Source: Sphagnum compactum
Lineage: Eukaryota
NCBI GenBank assembly: GCA_965153455.1
Contig: OZ234493.1
Span: 21,938,213-22,002,212 of the forward strand
Length of the DNA: 64,000 nt
Direction: 5' to 3'
Part shown: in pieces, positions 37,546 through 48,307 of the stretch
Position numbering within the stretch: position 1 is the first letter of the stretch
Layout of the letters: each line of letters opens with the position of its first letter
Notes under the pieces: model-generated
Database searches by the model: none
What the model saw: only the letters and a program-made list of their open reading frames with translations
What the model was told of the DNA's origin: nothing
Made by a program: the position numbers and the translations under genes

Positions 37546-38892
37546 ATGGTGCCGAGCATCAGCAGCGAGGAGCTTTCACGACACAACAAGCAACAAGACT
37601 TGTGGATCTGCATCCAAGGAAAGGTCTACAATGTGACGGACTGGCTGCATCGCCACCCAGGAGGAGAGCTTCCGCTCATGAGCTTGGCAGGGCAGGATGT
37701 CACAGACGCCTTTCTTGCATTCCATCCGGGTACAGCAGCTTGGAATCTACTACCGCAGTACCAGGTAGCAACTCTGGCGGATTACGAAGTCTCACCAGTC
37801 GCAGAAGAGCACAGAAAGATTCTTGGCGAGCTCAAGAAAGCTGGACTGTACAGGAATCCAGTGGAAGTCTACCTAATGTACGCATTCTGGATGCTGGTAA
37901 TGTTGGTGTCTTCTGTGCTGGGAGTTCTATACTCCAGCAGCTTGGTGGTGCACATGATCTCTGCTTTGCTGTTGGGTATGGTGTGGAACCAGAGTGGGTG
38001 GATAGGTCATGACACTGGACATTGTGGGATGCTGAAGAAGCCCAAGATAGACAAATGGGTGGGTTTGCTTGTGGGAGATTGCTTGACAGGGATCAGTATG
38101 GGATGGTGGAAGAGGAATCACAATGCACACCACATCTCTTGCAACAGTCTAGAGTATGATCCTGATCTGCAATACATCCCTCTCTTTGCAGTTTCAAGTA
38201 AGCTCTTCTCCAGTCTCTACAGTTTCTTCTATGACAGGAAGATGAGCTTTGATTCTACTGCTCGTCTCTTGGTAAGCTACCAGCATTGGACTTTCTATCC
38301 TGTCATGGCCATAGCTCGGATCAATCTGTTTGCGCAATCCATTCTTGTGCTGATCTCCACCAAGAAGAAAGTGCCGGATCGGGGTTTAGAGATTGCCGGC
38401 ATTTCTTTCTTCTATGTCTGGTTCTGTACTCTTCTTTCATATCTGCCCAGCTCAAGAGAAAGAGTCCTCTTTGTGCTCCTAAGCTTTGCAGTCACTGGCA
38501 TTCAGCATGTGCAATTCTGCTTGAACCATTTCTCTTCTCCCATTTTTCAAGGACAACCCAAGGGCAAAGCTTGGGTGGAGATGCAGACCCGAGGAACACT
38601 GAATCTTTCTACCCCTCCTTACATGGATTGGTTTCATGGCGGTCTTCAGTTCCAGATTGAGCATCATCTGTTCCCCACTCTTCCTCGACACAATCTGCGG
38701 AAGATTGCCAAGTTTGTGAAACCCTTCTGTGAGAAGTATGGTATGCCATATGAGATGGTCAGCTTCTGGGATGCAAACAAGATGATCATCCGCACTCTTC
38801 GTACTGCTGCATTGCAGGCACGCAATTCTTCCTCTCCTGCTCCATCACTTTCCAAATCCCTTTTGTGGGAAGCTGTCAATGCTCATGGTTAA
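37546..38892 (+). CDS. SLD: Cytochrome b5-fused front-end desaturase, sphingolipid long-chain-base delta-8 desaturase (SLD)-like; intronless, 448 aa
   Basis: N-terminal cyt b5 with HPGG; His boxes HDTGH, HNAHH, QIEHH; NSLEYDPDLQYIP and the C-terminal LLWEAVNAHG match the plant SLD/delta-6 clade. Regiospecificity is inferred only. Confidence 0.9.
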   Translation: MVPSISSEELSRHNKQQDLWICIQGKVYNVTDWLHRHPGGELPLMSLAGQDVTDAFLAFHPGTAAWNLLPQYQVATLADYEVSPVAEEHRKILGELKKAGLYRNPVEVYLMYAFWMLVMLVSSVLGVLYSSSLVVHMISALLLGMVWNQSGWIGHDTGHCGMLKKPKIDKWVGLLVGDCLTGISMGWWKRNHNAHHISCNSLEYDPDLQYIPLFAVSSKLFSSLYSFFYDRKMSFDSTARLLVSYQHWTFYPVMAIARINLFAQSILVLISTKKKVPDRGLEIAGISFFYVWFCTLLSYLPSSRERVLFVLLSFAVTGIQHVQFCLNHFSSPIFQGQPKGKAWVEMQTRGTLNLSTPPYMDWFHGGLQFQIEHHLFPTLPRHNLRKIAKFVKPFCEKYGMPYEMVSFWDANKMIIRTLRTAALQARNSSSPAPSLSKSLLWEAVNAHG

Positions 38893-39610
38893 GGGATTTT
38901 TTTTGGCGGAACAAAGTTTTGTCTAATCCCTTTCCCCTCCTCCTCTTTTCTGGTATTCTCCTGCTGCAAATCGTGTGAAATCCTCATAGAGAGAGGAATC
39001 CTCTCCCTGATTCTTGTTGAGCTCCTGTTGACTGTTTTGGATTTGAGGCAATATAGTTTCTTAGATTACAAGAACCCAGACAACTGCATTCTTAGTAAAA
39101 AATTGGTGCTCATGAGAGCACCCATTGTAGAGTGCCCCCTATCCAGCACTTGCAGAGTGTAGTGCCACCTCATCCAGTGATGGGGCAGCAGCATTTGTGA
39201 TTTGTGAAATGTGTATCATCACCATCCCTCAAAAGCTCAAGATGATGTTTCCGCAACTCTGCTTCCGTTGTGCACTCCCTTTTTATCTGCATTAGTTCTG
39301 GTGTTTCTGTTTCTTCTTTTCTTTGTTTTGGCAAAATGTGAGTTCTGTAGCTGCTGCATGCTGCCACAAAAATGATTTATTTCTGATTGAGTAGTAATGC
39401 ACCTCTTATATGATTGTGGACAGAAGGGGTTTTGCAGTACTCCAATATCTTTCATTGATGTAAATTCTAACTGCTATCATGTTTGTAACAATTGGGTATG
39501 TAGTGTGCATTGCACAACGCTGCTTGCTACTCAGCTGTTACAAACATGATGCTTCATTCCTGAGTGATCTTGCTCAGGATGCTTCAAGGATTGTGTTGAA
39601 GTGTCAAAGT

Positions 39611-39795
39611 CTCTGTCTTTGTGTAGTAGCTCCGTGGTTGTTTCAGGTACCATCCAAGCTTCTGTCTTTGTGTAGTAGCTTGGTGATTGTTGTGGGCACC
39701 ATGCACACTCCTGTCTTTGTGTAGTAGCTCAGCGGTAGTTTTGAGTAGCATCCAAGCTTCTGTCTTTGTGTAGCGGCTGGGTTGTTTTGAGTAAG
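39611..39795. repeat. Tandem repeat, 49-bp period, 4 copies
   Basis: ctgtctttgtgtag core starts at 39613, 39662, 39711 and 39760. Confidence 0.9.
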
Positions 39796-40861
39796 AATAA
39801 TGGCAATGATGCTCTTCTGAAGGCGCTCTCAGTCTCTCATGCAATTGCAATTTGCAATGTATGCTTTCTCTACTGAGACCAGCAGCAATTGCATGGGAAG
39901 ATAGTTCCTTTGTGGGCTGGGATTGAACTAGAATTCTTATGTAATAACTACATGTAGTATCATGTAGAGTTGGATTTTTTAGTTTTTTAAAAACAACGTG
40001 GTGAAATGTGAGTGCACCAATCAAAATTGTTGCTTTGAACATGGCATATACAACTTTGTAAAATTAAACTTGTTGCTTAGACCATGACACATATGACTAT
40101 GTACAATTGAGCCAAACCTGTCACTTTGATTCGACCACCGTATGTACTATATACGACTATGTATAATTGAATCAAACTTGTACTTAGATCATGGCATATA
40201 TAAGTCTGTAGAGATGAATTGGAACTTGTCGCTTTGACTATGACATATATACAACTCCATCCACATGACTGGCAACTTTCATGACTACAATTTCTTTTTT
40301 TAAAAATAGCTCTAAACACTGCCTGAAAACCCGAAACCAGTCTTTAGTGAATGGCTTAAACCACTATGGATTTTTTTGGAGGGATTAACTCTGCGTATAC
40401 TATAGCATGTGGTAACAAAAAGGATCTGTTTTGTTTGAGGTTTGGAGAGAGCTTGCTTGGGGTAGTATCAGAAACTACCCACTGCCACAATGCCCATCTG
40501 CTGCAAACATTGCTTGCACAGCAATCTCAGACAATTGTGAACTGGGAAACCACAAACAATTTGCAACTACAGGAAACGAGAAACATAACTTGCACAAAAT
40601 TCTAGTAATTTACTATCACATTGACTTACAGTTCCAAGAGATTCAAAACCATGTAATGCATGCTTCTCTGGATTGTTGGAAAATTGCCAAAACGTGCTTC
40701 AGAGGAATGTCGATTATAGGTATGGCATCAAGCTCTTTAGATCACTTCGAAGCACCTCTTATCAAATCGCTTCGTTGCCAGGAATTCTGCACTGGTGCAC
40801 AAGTTGTAGTACAATGCAGGATGTTGTAGCAGGAGCTTCATGAATGATTGTCTCAAGCTTT

Positions 40862-43800
40862 CTAGGCATTGCCATTAAGCAATCCATCATCTGGTCCAAG
40901 AAGAGTCACCTGTAAACAAAAGGATTGTAGTCCACACAAAACTTTAGCATGTACAGAAATTCCTTTAAAATCAGGAGAAATTGATGCACACCTGTCTGTT
41001 GCCCTCTTGCACTGATCAAAACCACTAAATTTACTACTGGTTTTAGGGTTGAGGGTTTAGGATTTTTTTCTACTATATTACTTCTAACCAGCAATATGAT
41101 TTTCACAGATAATTCATAAACCAAAATCTGATTGCGTAATCTCTATGCAGATGAGAAAAAGAGCACAATGTTAACAAAAAAAAAGCAAAACAAAACTTAC
41201 ATTTTGGTTACTTGCAAATCGCCTTGCAAGCAAAATCGCAGCATTGCGTTCTCTCTCAGACTCCAATACGAGCATTAAGCTTAGACCTTTATTTGCAACC
41301 CAGTATAGTGATCGTACTGCTGCTTGACCTGCTCCTCGTGCTCCACAAAGCTGCATTGCATATCCAATAACTGCCTTAAAGTGTGAAAGACCCATCATAC
41401 ACACCAGAACAACTGCACCACTTGGACTCACAGTGCACCAGACTTGCACTTAACAAAAACATTGCTCTAAGTTCAGGTTGGGGGAAAAAACCCATGCGCA
41501 GCTATTGTGAGAGAGACTCTCAGTGTGCCAGACTCATGCTTATCAAAAACATTGCTCTAATTTCAGGTTTCAAAAAAATGGCACACATGCCATTTGGGTG
41601 AATTTTCGGAGAAAACTGGTCCAATCCAAAACAAAAAGAAGACATTTTTTGAGATTGATTGATCTCTAACCCAAATACTGGAGGAGTAGTCCTCTTTTGC
41701 CTTGGTTGTGTGGCCTTTGAAAAGTTTCATTTGTGTTTGTTCTACAAGAAGAACATGAAGCAAAGGCTTCTCAAGAATCTCCCCATTTTGTTGGACCAGT
41801 CTCACCTACAATTATCAGAGTTCAATAAATCAGTCTCTCTGACTGTCAATCTCAAGTCTGTAATCCTTACTGATAGCTGAGGACTGATCTTGATTCACAC
41901 GCAGAAATCATCAAAAGAAGCATAACATTTTGATGAAGAAAAACACACATCAAATTCAGCGCTGCCTTTTTTGAAAAGTGCTTCCACATAATTGCCAAGT
42001 CCTGGAGCTGCAATCGATCCCACCATCGTGACATGGTTAAGTGCTAATAAGATAAGCTTGCCGGTGCTTTTGCAAGAAGTGATTTAAGATTCAGGGTTTA
42101 GGGTCTGCAATTCTGCCAAATGAGTGATTTCATTTAAGGATTCTTTTGTACCTGCATCTAAAGGTCCGGAAGTCAAAAGAGTTTCCTGTTTGCCATTAGG
42201 CAGAAGAATTTCCACCCGCAAAACCCAGCCTACGTCAAAAGGTTCAGGTGCATATTGAGGCCTGTTGGCTCCTGCAAGTTAATGCACCAACAAACTCATG
42301 ACATTGCCAGCTACCTACACACTGGATACATGCAAGAGGCCAGATTCCAGTTCCAGTTATGGAACTATTGCAGATGGTTTTATATATCAAACAATTGAAC
42401 TGCATTCGCATGCAATCACTTACTTGTGCAACTTAGTTCAAAACATGAGAGATCATGGTGCAACTATGTCAGGCATCCAGAGTGTTGGGTCACCTCAGTT
42501 AGTGTAATGCTATGTGCACCTGTGATACGCCCATGCTTGCTTCCATCAGCTGACTTACGGTGCCACTGAATGGTACATTTGGAGATATCAAAATCATTTT
42601 CTTTTGAGGGCGCAATTGTGAGTGAGGCCCCTAGTCGCTCCTCACCTTGTAGCTGAAAATGCCCTGCTTGCCCTGTGCGTTTGGCAGCCACTAACTGCCC
42701 GTCCCAGAACACCCCCAACTCAGCCCCTCAATTCACCACAAAATCTGATGCCTACAAGTTGTAATGAATTTTTTTCCTTCTGCAAAGAAAGAAAGAAAGA
42801 TCTCCTGACTATGCAAAAGAAAGCTTCCAAGATTGAGTATGGAAAGAGACTGTCTGAGATCGACTATGTAAAGAGAGCCTTTTGAAATTGACTATGTGGC
42901 ATACTGACAGACCTTAAACACAAAACCCTAAAACTCATGCATACCTCTTTGCGTGTATGTGTTAGTTCGACAGTCTTCTGGGTTAGGTGGTCGCGCAAAC
43001 CTTGAATCTCAAACGCCATATCCATTGTCTGCCAATTCAAGTCTAACCACCTTACTTTCTTTCACCGATGATCAAGGGGAGTGAAAGACCCATCATCATC
43101 ACCATGCAGTCTTAAGATCTTAGTAGTTTTGTAATGTGTTTTTTCAGTCTTGGGATTCAGAAGATCAGACCTTGCTGGGTTCATGAAGCATTTTTATCCT
43201 TCGAGCTTCATTGATTTGTTTTCTCATCTCCTCAAGCTCCTGCATTGATCACATCCCAATACACATGGCAAAAATCTCTCTCTCTCTCTCTCTCTAATTC
43301 ATTCACATGGACAAAAAATCTCTCATTTTGCAATTCTAGAGAGGATCAAACCCAATTTATAGAATTGTAACAAACTGAAAACTGGGTCAAAATGCAATTG
43401 GGAGATTTAAGTTTTTCTTGTGGGGGAGAAAGAAAATTATGAAAAGATTTGAAGAGAGATCCAAAGTGGCAGCATACCTGTTTCTCTGCAATGCCTAGAG
43501 ACTCCGCATGCTCCATGAGAGAAGCTTCCACACGTAGAACTGTAGCACGTGCTGCCTCTATTTCTGAATGTGCATTAGATTGTGCCTTCTCCATCATCTT
43601 CCTTGCATCATCTGACGCCTGTCCCATCCGTTACAGTGCCTTGAAGAACTCATTCCCTCAAATAGAAAATTTTCCAAGTTAACTGTGAAGAAAAGGAGAC
43701 ACTGGCAATTGGAGTAGAGAGCAAGGGAGCAAGAGAGAGAGAAAAAGAGATGAAGGAGTTTCAAGGCAGTGTGCATGTGCACCTGCTTGAACAGAGCCGC

Positions 43801-45307
43801 CTGTTTTCTGACATTTTCCTTCTCTTGTTCCAACTCCCTCTCTTTCTTAATCCATTGTGCCTTCATCACTTCAACCTGCAAGTTGAAGTCATTGAGAAAA
43901 CAAAGAAGCGTTATATAGAGCTCCTGTAATCATGCTACTTGATTGTGCTCTTTTGACACTCTTGACAAATGACGGCAGGTCCTTACAATCCTAGAGTACA
44001 ATTTCATATTTGATGAAATGTTCAAAGCAGAGAGAGTGGTGTGATCCAACAAGAATCCCTGAAGAAAAGAAAAAACCGCATGTGAGGACATGGGTTGTCT
44101 GAGGTCACAAGCTAGGGAAAATTACAGAAACATTTCGGGTTTGAGCTAAGAAGACATTGTACAAAGAGGAAGAGGAAGATGCTAGGGAAGATTTTACAAG
44201 AGAAAGAGCTTCTGCAGCATCATCCTTGTTTCTTCCAGCAACACGTCCTGCAAGTCCACCAAGTAAAGTGCGCAGTTTCTTCAAAACTGATGGCAAATCC
44301 ATTGATACCATTGAGTCCTGCAGCTTGTTCTGCCACCACCACCACCACCACCCACAATTGCAACAACAACCAAATGGCTTTGGCAAGTTCAAAGGAGATC
44401 AAATCACTACTCTTCTCAAGCAACCTGAAACCATAACCTAAAACAAACTCAAATTCTCAGCAAACTTGCAGCAACAACATCAGGCAACATCTGATCACTT
44501 GCAGGAACTGTACATGATCATGATCAGAAACCAACATGCCTTCACATTTGGATGAATTTCTTGAGCCTAACCTTTTCGCAATCGCGGAGGTTTCCACTAG
44601 TACGCCTCAAGGAGCTTCGGAAGGGTGGGAGTGCACCATCACCAGGGCCACTTTTGGTTGCTGTGGTAGTTCGCCTCGGTGCATGTGTTTGTTGCTGCTG
44701 TTGCTGGTGCTGGTGCTGCCCATGATGATGTGTATGATTACTACTACATTGATGTCCATAGCGTGACTTGACTTCCTTGGAACTGTTAACTGTCTGCAAA
44801 AGGGTTCACAACAGCAAACCATCAGCTGCAAAAGGTTCACAGAAAAGCATCAGCAAGGTGTGGGGGTGTCAGCAGCATACACAAAATCTCTTTCTATTTT
44901 TCTTTCCTTATTTCTTTCTTTGTGTTTCTTTCAAATCTTTGGAGCTACAGCTGTTTTCCAATTTGGAAAGTGGGTTAGATTAGGAATCCTTTTGTTACCT
45001 CTTCTCTTTTTTTTTCTTCTTCTTCTTCAGCAAGTTTTGCAGCAAGAGCTTGAGCAGCAGCTTGTATAGTTTCAAATTGAGTGATGGTTAAATCTCCAAA
45101 TGATGAAAGGTGATGCTCCAATGATTCCAATTCAGCTTCTGCTTTGGCCACCAGCACTCTGCTCTTCTCCGATTGCACATCATCACCATCATCATCATCA
45201 CCATCTTCAATATTGTACATGGCTGGTGACAACAGATCCCCCTTCTTGTTCTTCTCAGACACATCTACTGCTACTCCGTCCACCATCATCATCATCATGG
45301 TACTCAT
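40862..45307 (-). CDS. SCAB1: Stomatal closure-related actin-binding protein (SCAB family), ~578 aa
   Basis: Exons 45307-44999, 44793-44572, 44329-44198, 43875-43783, 43618-43478, 43239-43171, 43028-42945, 42694-42520, 42271-42152, 42007-41949, 41805-41671, 41350-41201, 40909-40862 (1737 nt, in frame). Diagnostic motifs LKKLR..L..LAGRVAGRNKDD, KQASDDARK, EARRIKMLHEPSK, SKCTIQW, YAPEPFDVG, GLGNYVEAL, LCGARGAG.AA, ESERERNAAILLARRFA. The paralog number is not resolvable. Confidence 0.9.
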
Positions 45308-45319
45308 GATTCTTCTTGA

Positions 45320-45735
45320 ATCACCCAATTCTCCCAATCACCCCAACTTCATCAACAAAACACACAGCAACATCTGAGCCTTTTTGTCTCCCACCCAACT
45401 CTCCCAATCACACCATCTTCATCAGAAACAACAAAACACACAAAAACATGAGCTTTTTAAAATCTCCACCCACCCAATTCTCCCAATCACACCATCTTCA
45501 TCGTCATCAACAACAAAAACACACAAGAAGATCTGAGCTTTGCCATCTCCACCCAACTCTCCTAATCACACCATCTTCTTCAACAACATCTACAAAACAC
45601 TTCTCTCCCAATCACACCATCTTCAAAACAACAATGTCAAAATACCTCAAAAAAAAAAGGAATTTGAGCTTCGTCTCCCACCCAATTCTCCCAATCACAC
45701 CATCTTCAACAACATCAACAACACCAACCAAAAAA
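45320..45735 (-). repeat. Six degenerate tandem units (core ccaa(t/c)tctcccaatcacaccatcttc) immediately upstream of the SCAB ATG
   Basis: Cores near 45325, 45395, 45474, 45553, 45604 and 45682; spacing ~46-83 bp. Confidence 0.85.
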
Positions 45736-47894
45736 GATCTAAAGCTTCTTGTCTCCTCCAAATAGGATCAAAACAAAACAAAACAAAAAACATGAAGAGA
45801 ATTTTGCCAGCTCAAGATCACCAAGTTTTGGAGACTTTAGGGTGTTTTGGGTGTTGATGATTAAGCTAAATTCTAATGCAACACTAATTGATACAACTCA
45901 ATTAGCTTAAGCAAGTACTGAATTGAGGTACAAGTACTTCATTAGACAAAGTACTTTACTTCATTAGGTGAACTTACTTTATTATTGTACTCTTTTTTTG
46001 AGGTACACACTTTTCAAGGCAAATCCTTAAACTACAATTCTTTTTCTAGTACAATACATTAAAAAAATTGAGTATCTTTTGAGTCAAAGTTTCTATGTTA
46101 TGACCCTCAACATTATTCGGTGGTAATATTATTCCTTGACTTTTGTGAGAAAATTAGACCTAATAAGTTGAAACATGCAAAGATCTTATTAACATGAAAA
46201 AAATGGGGTACTATAAAGCAATTTCTTTTAGGCTTTTGAATTGTGGTAGGTAATGAAAGTTTTTGTTGATTTCTTCCTTTTGATTGATAGAGGGGAATTT
46301 TTATTTTTATTTTGGGTTTTAGTATTTGGAGTTATGGAGTTGGTTTAGTATGGAGAGTTGTTTGAAGGTTGTGGAGTAGTAATATAAAATGATGAGTGTT
46401 TAACAAAGTATTAGCAATGTTGTTGTAATGTGCATAGTTAGGTGTTTGTTGTTGTTGTTGTTGTTGGTGGTGGTGGGTGTTTCATCTTCTTGCAACAACA
46501 ACTCCACATGAGGGATCTTAATAAATCACAATAAAAGTTCTTCATTATTATTGTATTGTAAGTCATTTGTTCTTAAAAAAAGGGGATTTGACCAACTCAA
46601 CTAGGATTCTTATCTTTAGGTTTTTGTTGAAAGTCTAAAGATATGGTGGCATCCCATCCTTGCTTGTTATTAGGTAGTTGTTTGGGTTCTATTTTTATTT
46701 TTTTTTAAAGATGGGAAGTAAGAATTTGCACTCTATTGTGATGATGATTTCCAATTGCTCAAGGGAGTGGGTACCTCATAATCACCTTCCTCTTTTTTCC
46801 TTCCTTTGAATGTTGGACATTACATGGGGTGATGGATAGTGGGTGATAATAAAAACACTCAAGTATCAATGGGATAGGGAAGTGACTAGTTAATCTAAGT
46901 AGTGGGTACATGCTTGATAATGCATTTGTTTACTACTATAAAGGTAAGAATGAAGTCTATTATCTAATTGAAAGTAAGGACACCCTTGGCCACTATAAAG
47001 TTTATTTCTAGGTTTGAACAAAATGGGTATCAAAATTTGTCAATTCCTTACTACCTTGACAACTTTGACACTAATTATATTATTTTCAGAAATGTTGAAA
47101 ATTTCAAATTTAATTAATTATTCAATAGACATGTGTCAAAGCTATCAAGGTATTGCAATAGTCAAATTCTTATATAATGGAGGAACCGACCCCCCCAAAA
47201 AAAAAAAATGCTCACCCAATACCTTCTTCAAAGAGAAAATGGATGCCATTTCAAGGGTAATTGTGCTAACCCATTCCACCATTCCTTTACCTTCTTAAAG
47301 GGTTTTTGGCAAGGTGGTATGGTATCTCTCCCTCCCCTTCCTTTACAAACCCCACCCACAATGAAACAAACAAACCTCTCAAATTAGGTGCAAAGGAGTT
47401 TGTTTGACAATTTGATAATGAGCTTCGTTTAGAATGGCATGCCAAACCGACAAATGTGAATTGCCACCCACATTGGTACCTTCACCTTCTTCTTGAGTGA
47501 GCCCCTCTTAATTAGTGACCAAATTAAACCCAATAAAATGTTAGATTTGGATGTAGAGACCCCCATTTAGTCTAATAAGCATGGGATATTTATACTATTG
47601 AGAAGCAATTTAGATGAATTGTGGGGTGTTTTAGTTTTTACCATGTTATTAATGTGGGTGCTAGTTCACCCAAGGCCACCCACCACCAATTTTGAGGGTT
47701 TTAGGAGGGTTAGGGCAATTGGTTGGTGGGCAAAGGGTGCCAATTGTTCACCACCCTACAATTTAGGGTTTAAAGGCACAACGGTCCCCACACACAATTT
47801 GTAGGAAAACAATCACAAAGTTGCACAAATGGCTCAACTCCAAATTCCATAGTCCGTATGCATGGCAAGGCGCATCCACTTGTCATAAATCTAC

Positions 47895-48307
47895 ACCCAC
47901 AATGAACCAACACCCACCAGCGCACCATGAAGGATGGATGAATGGTAAGTGATCAAGAAACAATTTTCTGTTGGGTTCCAGTTCACTAGCTAACCATGGT
48001 GGTTGGTTTGCTCACTTGCCTTTTTTTTCTACCTATCTACCTACCCACCTACTAACAACCCACCACAAGTAGGTTGTTACTAGGTAGGTATTAAAAACAG
48101 CCCTTACCTATGTATAAACCATCTACTTAACCTAGTAGTTACCTATTTTCCTAACTATCTACCTATATATGAGACCTAATATTTCCTACAGAATTGGTTA
48201 CCAAGGTGAAACCAAATCTTAACTCAGTTGAAATTCATCCACAACTGAGTAATAATGGGCATCCAGTGGATGGATGGTGTGCTAGCCGGTGCTGGTTCAC
48301 TATGGCC
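47895..48307. mobile_element. PIF/Harbinger-like MITE (GGCCAxAGTGAACCAGCACC TIR family)
   Basis: Left ccacaatgaaccaacacccaccagcgcaccat against right atggtgtgctagccggtgctggttcactatggcc|taa. The same TIR reappears at 63324 (ggccagagtgaaccagcacccaccagtgcacca). Confidence 0.65.

Noticed and set aside
39611..39795. CRISPR-like repeat/spacer appearance
   Set aside because: The 'spacers' are homologous to each other, there are no cas genes and the context is eukaryotic; it is a tandem repeat.
41424..41590. ~90-bp direct duplication in a SCAB intron (similar small duplications at 33458-33514, 40080-40260 and 61060-61140)
   Set aside because: Ordinary local duplications with no sign of function.
1..45307. 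'Stomatal signalling cluster' (AHK5 + SCAB) or 'plastid cluster' (HAT protein + PDV2)
   Set aside because: The genes are 16-36 kb apart with unrelated genes and TEs between them; co-location is likely coincidental.
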